This document shows, one piece after another, positions 25,482 through 37,641 of a stretch of DNA of 64,000 nt. Position numbers and translations under genes: made by a program. Position 1 is the stretch's first letter. The number at the start of each line of letters is the position of its first letter. The stretch lies in the NCBI GenBank assembly GCA_951406725.2, contig OX597814.1, forward strand, positions 128,774,001 through 128,838,000, in the 5' to 3' direction. The stretch is from Octopus vulgaris (lineage: Eukaryota). The notes beneath the pieces were generated by a model. The model was not told the origin of the DNA and did not search any database. It saw only the letters and a program-made list of their open reading frames with translations.

Positions 25482-25899
25482 TATATATATACGACGGGCT
25501 CCTTTCTGTTTCCGTCCAGCACTCACAGGGCTTTGTATGTATGTATGTATGTATGTATGTGCGTGTTTATACGTACGTATTATCCTAGGAGAAAAAATAT
25601 ATATAAAAGTATGGGTGTGGTTAGTAAGTCTTGTCATTGAAAACCTATTTTCTATAAAAACCATACTAGAGCCAACGACTGTCATATTTTCCTCGTATCT
25701 CATCTTACCGTCTTGAAAAACAGGAAGGATACATTAAATATAAATTAAATACTATATTCCCAGATAAACTATCCATGCTACAGGGTAGAATACCAAGGGT
25801 GTTGTCAGGATTTCCACCGAGTAGAGGGGTTATTTATCAAAATGGAAGCACTATTGGCCGTCTAATTTTAGAAACACATACAATTAAAATATGTATTAG

Positions 25900-26130
25900 A
25901 TAACAGGGATCTATATAGAGATGGGGTAGGTGTTTTCAAGAAGGACCTTGACTTTCCGTTGTCCAAGATCCCAGACGAGCTTATGTCACGACAAGAAACT
26001 CAGATAAGAGCAGTTATATGAAACTTCCCCATTCATCAAAAGTCAACCACATAAATATGGCTATTGTAAAAGGTGATGAAAATGGCGGAGCCCCAGCATG
26101 GCCACAGCCTTTGGGCTGGAATATATAATG
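25900..26130 (+). mobile_element. CR1 3' end fragment
   Basis: RDLYRDGVGVFKKDLDFPLSKIPDE, then tail GGCGGAGCCCCAGCATGGCCACAGC, both homologous to the 21.4-kb element. Confidence 0.65.
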
Positions 26131-26226
26131 GATAAAAGAATAGAGGAAATTCTTAAAATGATATGGAGCAGCGGTGGTGCCATCCGAATCTTCCGACCTT
26201 GCACTGGCAGTGTCTTTGTAATATTG

Positions 26227-26654
26227 GCGCTCCGTCGGTTGCGGCGTTGAGGGTTCCAGTTGATTCAGTGAACAGAACAGCTTGCTCGTGAAATTAGTGT
26301 GGAAGTGGCTGAGTACTCCACGGTAAGTAGCTTGCTTACCAACCACATTGTTCCGGGTTCAGTCCCACTGCGTGGCACCTTGGGCAAGTATCTTCTACTA
26401 TAGCCTCGGGCCGACCAAAGCCTTGTGAGTGGATTTGGTAGGCAGAAACTGAAAGAAGCCCGTTGTATATATGTGTGTGTGTGTGTGTGTGTCTGTGTTT
26501 GTCCCCCCAACATTGCTTGACAACCGATGTTGGTGTGTTTATGTCCCCGTTACTTAGTGGTTCGGCAAAAGAATAAGTCCCGGGGTTGAGTTGCTCGATT
26601 AAAAGGCGGTGCTCCAGCATGGCCGCAGTCAAAATGCCTGAAACAAGTAAAAGA

Positions 26655-26707
<53 letters not shown>

Positions 26708-26925
26708 GCGTACCCATAACATAGTCTCAGAGAGATTCAACGCAACACAGAATGTGACTAGGCTGACCCTTTGAAATAAAAGTGCCTCCCATTTTTGCCA
26801 GCTGAACGGACTGGAACAACATGAAATAAAGTGTCTTACCCAAGACATAAAGCACCGCCGAGAATCGAACTCACGCTCTTTCGATTGGTAGCCGAATATC
26901 CTAACTACTAAGTCATGCCTTCACT
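26227..26925 (-). mobile_element. SINE family C (tRNA head, CORE-like segment), interrupted by SINE A
   Basis: B box GAGTTCGATTCTC, then TCTTGGGTAAGACACTTTATTTCATGTTG..CAGCTGGCAAAAATG, shared with 62988-63230. Confidence 0.65.
26322..26703 (+). mobile_element. SINE family A, 5'-truncated, inserted into a family C SINE
   Basis: Family A body and tail followed by (AG)n; interrupts a minus-strand element whose halves lie at 26227-26321 and 26704-26925. Confidence 0.8.
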
Positions 26926-27120
26926 GTGTCTTTATGTAACAATATAATAGAGGTGCTGGTCCGACTGGAACATCTTTGATCATGTCTACTCAATCAGAAC
27001 TCACTCGACTAGAATAAAAATTTTATAGAAAGTAGCTCATGTGAAGGAACTGTAATGTAGTTAAAAGAGGGGCGAGGGGCGATGGAGACGGTCTGCTCCG
27101 GACGCGAAGTTTTTTCTTAC

Positions 27121-27624
27121 GAGAGTTCCGGACCCCAGTAATGAACTCATTTGCATACAGCCAATCAGAGCTCACCTTGATCTTGTGGTCAAGTTAACAA
27201 ACACACTCTTCGAGACTAAGAACGGTGTTGTAAGGCGACTAATCGTCAAGTTATTATGCCTAATTTTAGTAGAAAACAAGTAATTAGATAGATTTTCATC
27301 TATACCTATTATCGGATTTTGTTAGGGCCCCATAGGGTAGAGATATGGATGGGGAAAATGTGGGTAGATGGTGATGTGCTAATAACCCTCTCCCCTTACT
27401 CTTTTAGAAAGTAAACAACAACACAAATAACTACGCAGAGGCAGCCGCGGTTGAAACAAGAACAACAAGCATTATTAAAAGAGAAAAAAAGCACGGTCAT
27501 TCTTTAACCAAGTGACCTTATCTTATCGCCCATCACTTGTTATGTGCTCATAAATTAGTTTGATAGTTGAGCTCGGATTGGCTCAACTATCAAATGAGTT
27601 CATAACTGGGGTCCGGAACTCTTG
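27121..27624. mobile_element. MITE with ~55-bp TIRs, nested in another MITE (~27050-27777)
   Basis: GAGTTCCGGACCCCAGT(A/T)ATGAACTCATTTG..GCCAATC.GAGCTCA inverted at both ends; outer element ends CTAGCCACACCACTG and has a relative at 61213-61343. Confidence 0.7.
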
Positions 27625-28681
27625 TGGGGGAAAAATTAGCGCCCCGGATGACGCTTTTATGAAATTGTCGCTTTTGGGTCTGCTATAAAAGCTTGTATAG
27701 ATTATTTAGCCTCAATGATGGGGATCGGACAGGCTCAAGGGTTGCTCCAGGCAGCACACCCTCTAGCCACACCACTGTCAAGGAGACATTACGAGTGAGA
27801 GGTGTCGGCTCTCTCTACCAAAGAATAATGTATAAAGAACAAGTTCATTAAAATGGTTCGAATGAAAATCGAAACTGTATCGCAAACTCGACCGTCTGTG
27901 AGCTACCACAACTAATTTTTTGTCGTGGTGTCATTTACGTCTTTGAACCTGTCAAATCGGCACCAAAACACTCCGCCTGAACTTTTATTCATCAAAAGCA
28001 GTAGACCATGGTATTTGCCCTAAGCGCAGCCATGGGTGTGTAGTTACGAAATTCGCTTCGCAGTTCCCGGTTCGGTTCTACTTTATAGCTTCTTGGATGT
28101 CTTCTGACATAGCTTCAAGTTTATCAATACGTTGTAGGCGGAACTGTACACAATACCGTTTTGTGTGTGTGTGTGTGTATGTGTGTGTGTATGCGTGTGT
28201 GTGTGAGAGAGAGAGAGGGGGGAGAGAAAGAAAGAGAGAGTGGTCGGGGATGAGTACGCCTATGCGTAGTGTGTCAGCGAAAGATACGCGATTTACTAGG
28301 AAAATTATCAATAAACCAGTCCGTCCGACAAAAGACTTTTGTGGTACTACTTCCCTACCCCTGAGTTGTACAGATACTCCCCTGTCACTCTGACCATGTA
28401 AAAATGCAGTAAACCAGTGATTGGTCAGCTGGAAACATGTAACCAATCAAGGCAAATGTTCACAAAATACTTTATATATATATATACACATACTAATAAA
28501 TTGCAGAAATTCAGTTGAACATCAAGCATCCCAATATCAGCAGTCAGAGATATCCCACCCCTGCAAAGGTCATAAGCATTGCTTCTTTGCTGAAACATTA
28601 AAAACTACCGTATTTGATTGAATAAAAGAAACACGGGCATATTTGACGCACTCCAATTTCAGCAGCTCATATTCTCTTTTG

Positions 28682-29053
28682 CTCTTTTACTTATTTCAGT
28701 CATTTGACTGTGACCATGCTGGAGCACCGCCTTTAGTCGAGAAAATCGACCCCGGGACTTATACTTTGTAAGCCTAGAACTTATTTTATCGGTCTCTTTG
28801 CCGAACGGCTAGGTTACGGGGACCTAAACACACTAGCATCGGTTGTCAAGTGACACAGACACACAAACACACACATATATACATATATACGACGGGCTTC
28901 TTTCAGTTTCCGTCTACCAGATCCACTCACAAGGCTTTGGTCGGCCCGAGGCCATAGTAGAAGACACTTGCCCAAGGTGCCACGCAGTGGGACTGAATCT
29001 GGAACCATGGGGTTCGTAAGCGAGCTACTTACCAGACAGCCATTCCTACGCGT
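28682..29053 (-). mobile_element. SINE family A
   Basis: Reverse complement of the family A pattern. Confidence 0.9.
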
Positions 29054-29085
29054 ATACGAAAAAAAATTAGTGCATATATGTAATA

Positions 29086-29303
29086 TTGGTTTCAAAGTTT
29101 GGCATAAGGCCAGCAATGTCAGGGTAGGGGCGTAAACTGATGAAATCGACCCCAGTGCACAACTGGAATTTATTTTATTGATCCCGAAAGGACGAAAGGC
29201 AAAATCTGCCTCGGCGGAATTTGAACTTCGAGCGAAAAGGAGGACGAAATGTCGTTGAACATTTGGCCCGGTATGCTTAACGATTGTGTCAGCTCGCCGC
29301 CTT
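29086..29303 (-). mobile_element. SINE family B
   Basis: Head, Meta-like core and standard tail. Confidence 0.8.
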
Positions 29304-29557
29304 ATTAAAGTATGTAATATTTAAAGCAATACATTACATAACATTACGAAAGTACCGTAACTATAGTTTTATTATGGGGTCAGATTAGCTAGAGAAGTCT
29401 GTTTGGACTAAAATTAGCCTTCTGTAGTGAGTGTCAGGGATAAAATTAATGTATATGAGACCCATCTTCGCATATGAAGTCCGGGATAAGTTTCTGAGAC
29501 GTTTAATAATAATAATAATAATAATAATAATAGTAATAATAATAATAATAATAATAA

Positions 29558-30533
29558 ACCACCTAATAAACACAAAGAAGAAGAAGAAGATGAAGAAGAA
29601 ACAACAAAAGCTATAAAACAAATGAAATCCAAACTAAAAATAGAACAGCAACGAGCCATGATAAAACGATGGCAAGAAAAACCCCTTCATGGTAAATACT
29701 GCACTAAACTAAACGCAAAAGAAATAGACAAAGAAAAATCCCAGCAATGGTTGAGAAGCTCAGGACTCAAAGCAGAAACAGAGGGATTTTTAATTGCAGC
29801 ACAAGACCAAAGCCTCCCCACCAGAAATTACCAAAAACATGTAATGAAAAGAAATATTACAAGTAACTGCAGAATATGTGGAGATGGACAAGAAACAATA
29901 AATCATATTATCTCTAGCTGCCCAGTCCTGGCTAAGAAGGAATATATTCACAGACATGACAGAGTTGGAACCTACATACATTGGAAGCTATGCCAACATT
30001 ATGGAATAACAACAGAAAAAAGATGGTATAGGCACACACCAGAAAAGGTCACAGAAAACGAGAAAGCAACCATACTCTGGGATATGCCGATACACACAGA
30101 TAGAGAAATTAAGGCCAACAGACCAGATATAATTGTCAGAGATCATGAAGAAAAAAATGCTTTCTAATTGATGTATCAATACCGGCAGATGACAACGTGT
30201 CTCTAAAAGAAATGGAGAAACTCTCAAAATACAAAGACCTGGAAATAGAGATAACTAGAATGTGGAACCTGAAAACAGAAACAATTCCTATCATAGTAGG
30301 TGCATTAGGCATGATAAAAAAATATTCAGACAAATACATAACAAAAACACCAGGACTTACAAACACATATAACATACAGAAAATTGCACTACTAGGCACT
30401 GCACACATCCTATGCAGAACACTTTCCATACAATAACCATCAGAGCATCACAACAAATCACAGCACATACCCAAGGCACACAGAGCTGCGCTCGGTAGTG
30501 AAGTAAAAGCACGCTATAAAAATAAAACTACTG
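29558..30533 (+). mobile_element. R4/Dong-clade non-LTR retrotransposon, 5'-truncated, inserted in (AAT)n
   Basis: CCHC finger CRICGDGQETINHIISSC, RHD motif, restriction-like endonuclease RPDIIVRD..IDVSIP..K..KY, C-terminal KIALLGTAHIL; (AAT)n on both sides (29505-29556, 30534-30555). Confidence 0.9.
29622..30436 (+). pseudogene. Dong/R4 ORF C-terminal part (zinc finger plus RLE endonuclease), one frameshift
   Basis: ORFs 29622-30167 and 30197-30436 join through a slip in the A-run near 30151-30157. Confidence 0.85.
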
Positions 30534-30556
30534 AATAATAATAATAATAATAATAA

Positions 30557-31106
30557 ATGTCTTGATGCAGTACCAAGCAGTGGCTCTCGTGGCTTCTGAT
30601 CTTAACTGATTGGAAGTGTTATCATGTACATTGTTTTGTCTTGGTATAAAAGATGGGCTACAGCAAATATTCTGCTCAATACCACAGATTTGCTTGTCAG
30701 TTGTTTGACCTTAACCAGTTGAGCACTTCTTAGTGGCTGATATGTACATCTCTAATCTAAGCAGAAGTAGTTGGGGAGCATCATAGCCATGTGTTGAGAG
30801 GGATTCTTTGGGGTTTGAATAATTCACCTCTAGAAACATGGTTGTTTCGTTCAACATCCTTAAACAACCCTTATTCAGGGACCTTTTGAGCGGGATGGGT
30901 TACTCGACCAGAAGAAAATTCTAACTGGGCCCCACTTGCAAAGTCATGTGCTATTTATCTTCATATGAGATTCCTATGTCGCCTACATATGGTTGTGATG
31001 CATGTGCCTTGTGTACCCTTATCAGACGGGTAGTCATGATGGGTATACTGGGCTTCGTATATTTTACCCCAGTGTCACTTTGATGGCACGCACTGCTCGC
31101 TCACTC
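30557..31106. mobile_element. ~550-bp non-coding element bounded by (AAT)n on both sides
   Basis: Sharp boundaries at (AAT)n 30534-30555 and 31107-31120; no long ORF. Confidence 0.5.
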
Positions 31107-31659
31107 AATAATAATAATAACATACGTCTTATATGCCTTCAAATAGGGTAAATGTAAAAATAAGGATTACATAACATTACCATGCCCCACCACACACACA
31201 CACGCATACACACACACACACACACACACGTATAAAAGAAACATTCTTCGCACTGTGAAATGCCTTTGAATCATAGAACCAAGATACGTCTTTAATGAGC
31301 ACAGTCCGTTTCACTTCACTTATGTTACTAATGACTTTGACAAAGGCATAACTCACCATTTCTCATTTCCTCAGCGTTATTCAAATGGAGGACTTTACCT
31401 TTCGTTATCTATCTATCTATCTAACATTAATTGCGACAAAAGCACTGTTAATAGCAAAAGGTAATCTTTATATACAATTTAACATGAATGTTGTGCTTAC
31501 TGCGTTATTTACCTTGAGAGGAACTCTCATATGAACGCATGATGCATAAAAGCACTCATATTCATATCGTTGGCAGACGAGAATCGTCCGCTACGAGTAC
31601 CGAAACAGCCAGTTCACATGATTTCGCCCCGCTTCGGACTCTTCAGTGGCAGATGTCCA

Positions 31660-31697
<38 letters not shown>

Positions 31698-31789
31698 GTC
31701 GACTGCCATGCACTGGGATCGATTTTGTGGGTTTATTACAATTCTTTGCAAATTTACAAATCTCTGCTAATTGTTTTTACAGATAAATG

Positions 31790-31992
31790 ATTATACTTAC
31801 ATCGTATTTGATGGCCTAAAGGATGCACAGGCATGATGGATGCACCCCAATTTCAATGACGCATATAAAAAGCGTTGGAAACAAAATTAATTTATGGGAG
31901 GCCAGAATTTACATATAGGACCCGGGGTGATTTGATTGAGACATAATTTGGGGAAAATAAGCGCGTCCTGTATGCTATCAGATGTGGTAATT
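31790..31992. mobile_element. MITE family also present at 61020-61212
   Basis: Shared core CAAAATTA..T.TGGGAGGCC..A.TTA..TATAGG(G)ACCC and weak TIRs. Confidence 0.5.
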
Positions 31993-32039
31993 AAATAATA
32001 AAACCGAAAAAATAAATTTGTTTTTAGGGTGTTAATATA

Positions 32040-32425
32040 GGTGCAGGAGTGGCTGTGTAGTAAGTAGCTTGCTTACCAACCACATAGTTCCAGGTTCAGT
32101 CCCACTGCGTGGTACCTTGGGCAAGTGTCTTCTACTGTAGCCTCGGGCCGACCAAAGCTTTGTGAGTGGATTTGGTAGACGGAAACTGAAAGAAACCCAT
32201 CGTATATATGTATGTATATGTTTGTGTGTCTGTGTTTGTCCTCCCGACATCACTTTACAACCGATGCTGGTGTGTTTGCGTCTCCGTAACTTATTCTATC
32301 GGCAAAAGAGACCGATAGAATAAGTATTAGGCTTCCAAAGAATAAGTCTTGGAGTCGATTTGCTCGACTAAACGCGGTGCTCCAGCATGGCCACAGGCAA
32401 ATTACTGAAACAAATATAAGAAAAA
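32040..32425 (+). mobile_element. SINE family A
   Basis: Family A head, body and tail. Confidence 0.9.
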
Positions 32426-32440
32426 ATATGTAGGAAGAGG

Positions 32441-32656
32441 AAGGCAGCGAGCCGGCAGAATCGTTATGACGCCGGGTAAAATGCTTAACGGCATTTCGCC
32501 CGCCTTTATGTTCTGAGTTCAAATTCCTCCGAGGTCGACTTTACTTTTCATCCTTTCGGGGTCGATAAAACGAGTACCAGGTGAGCAGTGGGGTCAATGT
32601 AAACGATTTACCCACTTCTCCGAATCTGCTGGCCTTATGCCAAAATTCCAAATCAA
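32441..32656 (+). mobile_element. SINE family B
   Basis: Head, B box GAGTTCAAATTCC, core CTTTTCATCCTTTCGGGGTCGATAAA. Confidence 0.85.
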
Positions 32657-34087
32657 TATATGTAGGAAAAGGAAAATTGAAACGGATGATGTCCATGATT
32701 TTGCTTGCAGCATGCTTATTAGCTTATGGCGATTCGCAATGTGTTGCTTTGACTGCGAGACGGGACATGTGAATGTTTGGCTGGAGATGCTATGTGTAAC
32801 TCTACGTGTTGAATGTTCTCCCTTTTTCTCTTTTCTTCCTTTTCTTAGTAGGGCCGTGTGAGTTACTCTTCTACATGTCCCAAAAGGGAGACATGTGTAA
32901 TAGCGAGCCGTGAGTAACGAGGTTGTCCACCCTTAAAGGAGAGATGTTGCTACTCTTCTAAGTGGTCTTTCTGTTGCTCTTTGAATAGTTTGTTTCGTCC
33001 ACACCAACCAGACATTGACCACAGAGTAGCTAGCAGGCTATAGAGAATATTAAGGGGGAGAACCGAGTTATTCAGGTAGACTAAACGCTCAAGCTATCTC
33101 AGTTGATGTCTGTATAGTGTAGATTCAATATTCTTGATAGAATTCAACATATTTCTGCTTATGTATTCTTATCTTCCCAAGTGGTGTTATGGACCTTCTG
33201 AAAATGCTAGATTATAGTGGCTCTCAAATGTTGATGTGTCTTACAGTATGTGGTTTATGTTTATCCAAGCCTATGGGTACACAGGTTATCTGAAAGAACT
33301 TTGGTGTAGATACTGAGATGGTTGTTTAGAAAGGTCTCTTTCCATAACTTCTAAAGGATATAGTGATATGTTTACTCCGTCCACTGTTCATGATATTGCT
33401 CAAATATCTGTATCGGGAGGTTGTAGCTCGTTTTTGCTCTTGTACTGGGAATTAAAATACATAGGGAACTCTTCGCGAACATAACAAAGCAAATCAATGC
33501 TCTGCAACGTAGTTGTTAGGACATTTTATTGTATTACGAAATTGTCTGAGAGCCAAATAGTTAATCTCTGATTTTTCACATTTTCAGAGTAAATAGAATA
33601 AAACATGAACCTATCCATTCTCAATACATTCCAGCAGATTTTAACGCGAATATCTAATCACTGTTGTTTATCGCCAATGGAAGATACCTTCCTTTGGGTA
33701 ATACGTGTTTATAACACATGTGATTCACAGTTCGTTTGTCTAAGGGGACTTCATGACACCGCAATGTTTGTATCTCGCTGTATGTGTAATGAGTGGAAGC
33801 TACCCAACCTCAACAGTGAACCTCACGAGAGTACCAGTTCTTGTTTATAAAAATCAGCAAACAAATCATTGCTTATGTATGCACATGGATTACCTATTAT
33901 TTACCACACACACGAACCCACGTGATTTATTGAACTGGTATACATTGTTCGATTATCTTTTTTTTTTGTTATACGTACGTTTATACTTTGTTGTCTAATT
34001 TCTCGTGAAATAGAAGTGTCGCTATCCTTAAAAGGCTGGAAAGTACTGCGATAGAGGTTCACATTTATCTACTCCTAAGTGAATGTT

Positions 34088-34244
34088 AGGAGTGGCTGTG
34101 TGGTAAGTAGCTTGCTTACCAACCACAGGGTTCCGGGTTCAGTCCCACAGCGTGGCACCTTGGGCAAGTGTCTTCTATTATAGCCTCGGGCCGATCAAAG
34201 CCTCGTGAGTGGATTTGGTTGACGGAAACTGAAAGGAACCCGTC

Positions 34245-34319
<75 letters not shown>

Positions 34320-34541
34320 TGTATATGTTTGTGTGTCTGTATTTGTCCCTCCCCCAACATCGCTTGATAACCGATGTTGGTGTGTTTACGTCCCTGTAAC
34401 TTAGCGGTTCGGCAAAAGAGACCGATAGAATAAGTACTAGGCTTACAAAGAATAAGTCCTGGGATCGATTTGCTCGACTAAAGGCGGTGCTCCAGCATGG
34501 TCGCAGTCAAATGACTGAAACAAGCAAAAGAGTAAAAGAGT
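34088..34541 (+). mobile_element. SINE family A
   Basis: Family A with internal (TA)n(TG)n. Confidence 0.9.
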
Positions 34542-34699
34542 ATGCTTAATATAGCATGCCAATTAAAATATACCTTTAGTGATAAGAACACTAATTTTCT
34601 AAATTACTAATTCTGATCAAAAGGCAAGGAAGACAGCCACGGAATTTATATTAATGGAAATTATTTAAACAGAATGCAGTAGATGTGTGCCTAATCTTT

Positions 34700-35170
34700 G
34701 GCAGTACAGTGACGACTGTTGACATGTTCCGTTATTACTAGACCTCATCATCTAGTTATACTTTAAATGTTACTGCCCTATTTCAGAATGACTAATGAGA
34801 ATATAGGGTTTCAGTGAATGAACCTATAATGGAGTAATAACTTACAAAAAATAATCAGCTACTCCTGATGCATGGAAAACAAATAGTCGTGTGGACACTG
34901 ACATAGTTAATGCAGTGGTTCAGAACATTCTAATTAATGAAATAATTGTCCAGAGATATCATCACGCTACCAAAGATGAAACTCACTTGTTGCGTTTCAT
35001 TTTCGAGTGATTTAAACTTCAGGGTTGTCTCCCCTACTGCTCTTCACCATTAGAGGATTTACTTATTACTACAAGAATAATATTACTTAACTAGAATTGC
35101 TTGGCTTCTTATGTTAGCTCCTACTTAACTGTTTGCTTTTCATGCAGCAGGCGTCTCTACCAGTTATTGT
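34700..35170 (+). pseudogene. Very degraded reverse-transcriptase remnant (RLE-LINE type)
   Basis: Scattered motifs in the expected order: AWKT, an SPLLF-like segment, LNCLLFM (compare INHLLFMDD); many stops and shifts. Confidence 0.35.
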
Positions 35171-36150
35171 GTTTACTGAAGGCAATTCGTTTATCACGTC
35201 TCTTACTAACAGGAACGACATGAATTCATGTAATTTGGTTTTACTCTGCTGGGAATAGACTATGATCTGTCCTCTTCCCACGCGTGTTCACACAAACTCG
35301 CATGCGCGCTCTCATACACACACACACATACACAGAGAGATTTGTATATAGATCCAAACCTGCAGTAGAGATTTTTCTTAGCGGGATGCGAAAAAGGTTT
35401 ATCGTTTAGATGTTAAATCTCTATTTACCACGTATACGTGTGTGTGTGTGTGTGTGTGTGTGTGCACGAAAAAATACACATAGAATGACATGCGTGCCTG
35501 ACAACAGTTACACACATACATCTGTAAGAGCATATTTATGTACATATATGCTTACACACGTGTCTAATGGGATACTTGTCGAGATCGCTTTACTCTCCTT
35601 TCGATTCACTGATAGTGAATCTTGGCTAGTTTTCCCATTGTTCTTACTACCAACCTTATTAACTTCCATCTACTTTCACCTCCATCTTTTCTGGAGACAG
35701 AAAACTTGCTTTAGAAAGTTCTGTTTAACCTCTCCGACTTCTGTCTCCTTAAATCATCTGCTTAATTCTCCAATATAAGTAGAGACAGTTCATTTCATCA
35801 GATGGTGCCCTAATTTTGCGATTGACACACCATCGGGGAAAATCCTGTTTGATCTTGACAATTTGGGCCAAGAGGCATACTGCTACCACCATTATCAAAA
35901 CGCAAACAGGATGAACAAGGCCTTCCTCGTCACTACCATCGCCACTTCATCATGCAGAGACAAGATTCTTGTCACTATCTTCGTCACACACGACCGCAGC
36001 AATATCTGTGACAACTACTGCTATGCCTTGCTAACCTGTCTGTTGCAACATACGCATTTGTGACGGAAGAAAATAATTTGTTACACAATATTATGAAATG
36101 TCGGAGTCAGCAGTTGTAACGATAACAATTTGTTGTTAGGGACGACATGT

Positions 36151-36846
36151 TGTAAGATCTGAAAGATGAACAATGCATGAAATTTTAAGGAAATATCTAT
36201 TTACCGTTATGTTACTATACCTTGCTTCGACGGGCAGGTCATGATAAATCTAAAAGCATGCGCAAGAAAGTTAGATGCGTAGAATGTTTCTTTGCGTAGT
36301 TTGACGTATACGAATACTTAGTAGTAATCCGCAGATAGCGGTAGAATGTTGTAAGAGAACAGAATTAGAGCTATAGAGAATTGTAAGGTGTTGTCTCACA
36401 GTTGCTGACAGAGTAGTGACGATTTCCTACAACAGTAAACTTCATTTCTCTCTCTGACCAAAGTTCTAGCTGGTCAGACAGACTTCGTTCTCATTGAGTC
36501 GACACCATGTGACTGGACTTGTTGAGTCGTCACCAACTGTGACTGACTGACTTTTACTTGGGGGTGTGCTTGCTTTTATAACTGTCTAGAAGGATAGATA
36601 TATCATTGAGAACAATAGATTTAGTTGGTGGTCTTGTTATCTCTATTCTAGCTTTTGGTGAAGTAGAAGAGGTTAGAAAGGGTCAAGTGGTGAAGACATT
36701 TCGGCCTAGCTAAAAGCATCTGGAAAATGTAAAACTGCTGTCAGAGAAAAACCACTGTTCCATCGTGGGAAAAGTTCTGTTGCAGTGTTAATTTAAATTT
36801 GACTATGGTCGATCGAATCCACTTCATGCATGCAAGATCCACTACA
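36151..36846 (-). mobile_element. Possible solo LTR
   Basis: TGTAAGATC / GATCCACTACA termini; TATAAA on the minus strand near 36576-36581; no convincing TSD. Confidence 0.3.
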
Positions 36847-36959
36847 CATTCTTTCATATACCTATTGGCAAATACTTTCACAACGAATGCATTTGTACAT
36901 ATGCTAATTTAATATCTATACACGAATCAGTAGGGATTGAATAATTAATATTTGTAAAC

Positions 36960-37117
36960 GTTGTCTTTACGTTCTAAGTTCAAACTTTGCCGATCTCAAC
37001 TTTGTCTTCCATCCTTTCGGGGTCGATAAAATAAGTACCAGTTGAGTACTGGGGTCGACGTAAGCGATTTATCCCTTTCCCCGAACTTGCTGGCTTTGTG
37101 CCAAAATTTGAAACCAG
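36960..37117 (+). mobile_element. SINE family B, 5'-truncated
   Basis: Meta-like core; TSD TATTTGTAAAC at 36949-36959 and 37118-37128. Confidence 0.8.
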
Positions 37118-37641
37118 TATTTGTAAACATTCTGTTATAAATTACATTTTATATATCAATACGCCTATATGTTATTTGCCGACCTTTTAATATTCAACTT
37201 ACCATTACATAGCGTCTACATTTGATAGCAAAGTTAATATCTAAAAATCAAATGAAAAACTTTGATTTTATGAAATTTGCTGGTCTTGCGTCAAAATTTG
37301 AACCAAGACGATGGAGTGGACCATTGACAGGTTTTGAACTGTTGTCCGTTTGGAATGAGGATATGAAAAAAAGAGAATAGAAGAAATAATACAGATTGTA
37401 ATCGTATATTTGCATAATGCTACCTGCTTTCGGTAACATCACATATGCTAATTTAATATCACCTGTACACGAATCAGTAGAGATTGAATAATTAATATTT
37501 GTAAACGTGTTCTCTTTACGTTCTAAGTTCAAACCACGAAGGAAAAAAAAAGAGAATTCACGAGATCAGGATTTTTTGGTAGGGAGAAAAAGAAATAGAT
37601 TTAAACAAGGAAGCTTCAACTGAGAAAGCTTTTCTGAGTTC

